Below are positions 62,201 to 64,000 of a stretch of DNA of 64,000 bases, piece after piece. Origin of the DNA: Kondoa subrosea (Eukaryota); assembly GCA_039545335.1 (NCBI GenBank), contig BCIN01000004.1, positions 1,540,925 through 1,604,924 on the forward strand, in the 5' to 3' direction. Made by a program: the position numbers and the translations under genes. Below the pieces are notes generated by a model. The model was not told where the DNA came from and searched no databases. It saw only the letters and a list, made by a program, of their open reading frames with translations. The stretch's first letter is position 1, and every line of letters begins with the position of its first letter.

Positions 62201-63812
62201 GAAGCAACCATGCATATATCTTGGCGGAAAAACACGAAGATTTCAGAACCTTAGTCGAGCTCTGTCAAAACCCGGTATATGGATCAGCAGCTAAAACTGA
62301 ACATTATATTCAGAAATATCAAAAAGATTTCGCATTCTCGCTGTATCAATGGCTAGTGGAGAAAGGTGAGTAACGCCATTCGGACACTTATACTTGCCTG
62401 AATTTGTGATCAGGCCAACTCAAAACGCTCATCACTCAGGATGAAGCCTATGCTGGACTCTTGTCCCATTTCTTGCAAGCAACAGATAACCCCAGGATAT
62501 CGTGGATACATGAAATCTCACTGGGCGAATTCGATGCAGCTGGCAAAACTTTGCTCACTGAAGTCTCGCGCACTCAATCACTGAGGGAGAAAGAAGTAAG
62601 CTGTCTGCTCTTTCCAAGTCGTTGTAGCTCACTACATTACCAGGTCATGCTGAGTATCAGCAAACTTAGTCATCTCGCTTCTCTGACCGATATCGATCTA
62701 CAACATGACACACAACTATTAGGTATGCTCGCAATTCAATCCGACACGATTCTCTGACGACCTTTGTAGCCACGCAGAAGGCTCGCGATCTTGTAATCTC
62801 GCAAAAAATGCTACTTGATACTTTCGAACGAGGACTTCCTGCTCCGGATCGGAAAGCTCCACTGGAGAAGAAAGCAGAAGCCATCGCAAGGTACTTTGCC
62901 CCTCGTCTTGACCGGACTCCTGCACAGCGTATTGTGAGTTTGCTTTGCTTTGCCGTGCCGTTACAAACAACCCATACTGACTTTATCTGTCCAGCTATTC
63001 GTACGATTGATCAAGCAAATGTTGCAAGGCCTTGCTCTCAGTATAGAAGATCTCGTGGACGTGTACACACTGCAGACTGAAGCTTTCGATCCGCAATTGA
63101 TCTCAACAGATGAAGCAGAGGAATTGGACGAACAACGCGCGCAAAGGCAGTATTGGACTTTTGCTGCAGCTCTTGTGCTACTTCATCGAAGTCCTGTAAA
63201 CTTCTGGCCTAAACCCGTGTCGCTATCGGCTAAATACTCACGCAGGAAATACCACCTGCTCGCTTGCAAATGGCTTTGGCGAATGTTTGGCGTCGGGTCT
63301 ACCTGAGAGATGAGTAAGTCTAGTTGATGCGGCTGATCGGTCAGCACTCATTCGGGTATCATCAGCTGGGAAACCATTCACACCGCTTCTGGCTACTCCG
63401 ATGAACAGCAAGCCGACATCATTCGCACTACAGCATTATTTCAAACATTCATCGGCGCTTGGAATGATGCTCTGCATCTCAGCGAAGATGACTTATGGAC
63501 GCCCGCACGTGCTTTGTTCCGGTCAGGGGAAAGCGACTTGAAAGCTCGATTCCCTGGGTCCTCAAACCAAGAGATTAGTCTGCTTGAAGATGATATGAGA
63601 GGTCAGTCGGTGTCTAGCTCCAATTTTGCATCTGCTTACGCGCGGGAGTAGCCGAATCCGAAGAGCTTGAACGTCTTACCGCAAGTTGTTCGCTGAACGA
63701 TTATCGCAATGAGGCCGTCAGGCTGTACAATCACTTTGTTCAATCTGCTGATCAAGCGCTGAAAGAACAAGAGGAAAACTCGGAGGATGAAGCAATTGAT
63801 GTAGATGATTGA
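59243..63812 (+). CDS. NUP133: Nucleoporin Nup133
   Basis: N-terminal propeller (REPGLLVV..SGQIRFWESI) and helical C-terminus (PWTS, LAEKHEDFRTLVELC, ISWIHEI, LSISKLSHLA, WRRVYLRDDW). About 14 canonical or GC-AG introns splice in frame. Confidence 0.88.
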
Positions 63813-64000
63813 TCGCTTTGTAATCCAAGACATTGAATGTCGATACTCTGATTCTGCCTCTGTCTGTCCGTTCGTAACTACGAAGAGGATGCAATCGTCC
63901 GACAGAAACTGTGCAGCGGCATTTCGACGGGGAGGTCACTCATGGAACGCCTGTCGACCGATAATCGGAAAACTGAAGAAATTCAAGCCAGAAGATGAGA

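Noticed and set aside
25117..63812. Two nucleoporin genes and several mitochondrial genes in one window as a functional cluster
   Set aside because: They are tens of kb apart and interspersed with unrelated genes, which is compatible with chance in a compact genome.

Overview
Gene-dense, intron-rich eukaryotic DNA (~45% GC, introns mostly 45-60 nt with GTRAGT-like donors, CTRAC-like branch points and YAG acceptors), most consistent with a basidiomycete fungus. Genes were reconstructed by splicing exons by hand. Recognisable genes: UTP21 (3'-truncated), a cytochrome P450, a TRI12-like MFS pump, two F-box proteins, a complex I 21.3 kDa (NUZM-like) subunit, VMA11, RPL39 (absent from the ORF track), a second MFS-like transporter, TAF12, NUP192, three tandem bZIP paralogues, ATP23, a Q/P-rich gene built from repeated exons, PRE2, a membrane-anchored PhoD phosphatase, TAZ1, YVC1, an Ace2/Swi5-like C2H2 factor, a COQ11-like SDR, a chromodomain + UBX-like protein, an SGNH/PC-esterase-like protein and NUP133. 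No rRNA, tRNA, CRISPR or transposon was recognised. Most notable: (1) a chromodomain with an intact aromatic cage, hidden across micro-exons and spliced in frame to a TUG/Ubx4-like UBX domain; (2) a probable U2-type AT-AC intron next to the essential Glu codon of VMA11; (3) a triplicated bZIP family with an unrecognised, internally duplicated C-terminal module that keeps its intron positions; (4) a gene grown by tandem duplication of symmetric exon-intron units; (5) micro-exons as short as 3 nt in catalytic motifs. All exon structures are manual predictions without transcript evidence.
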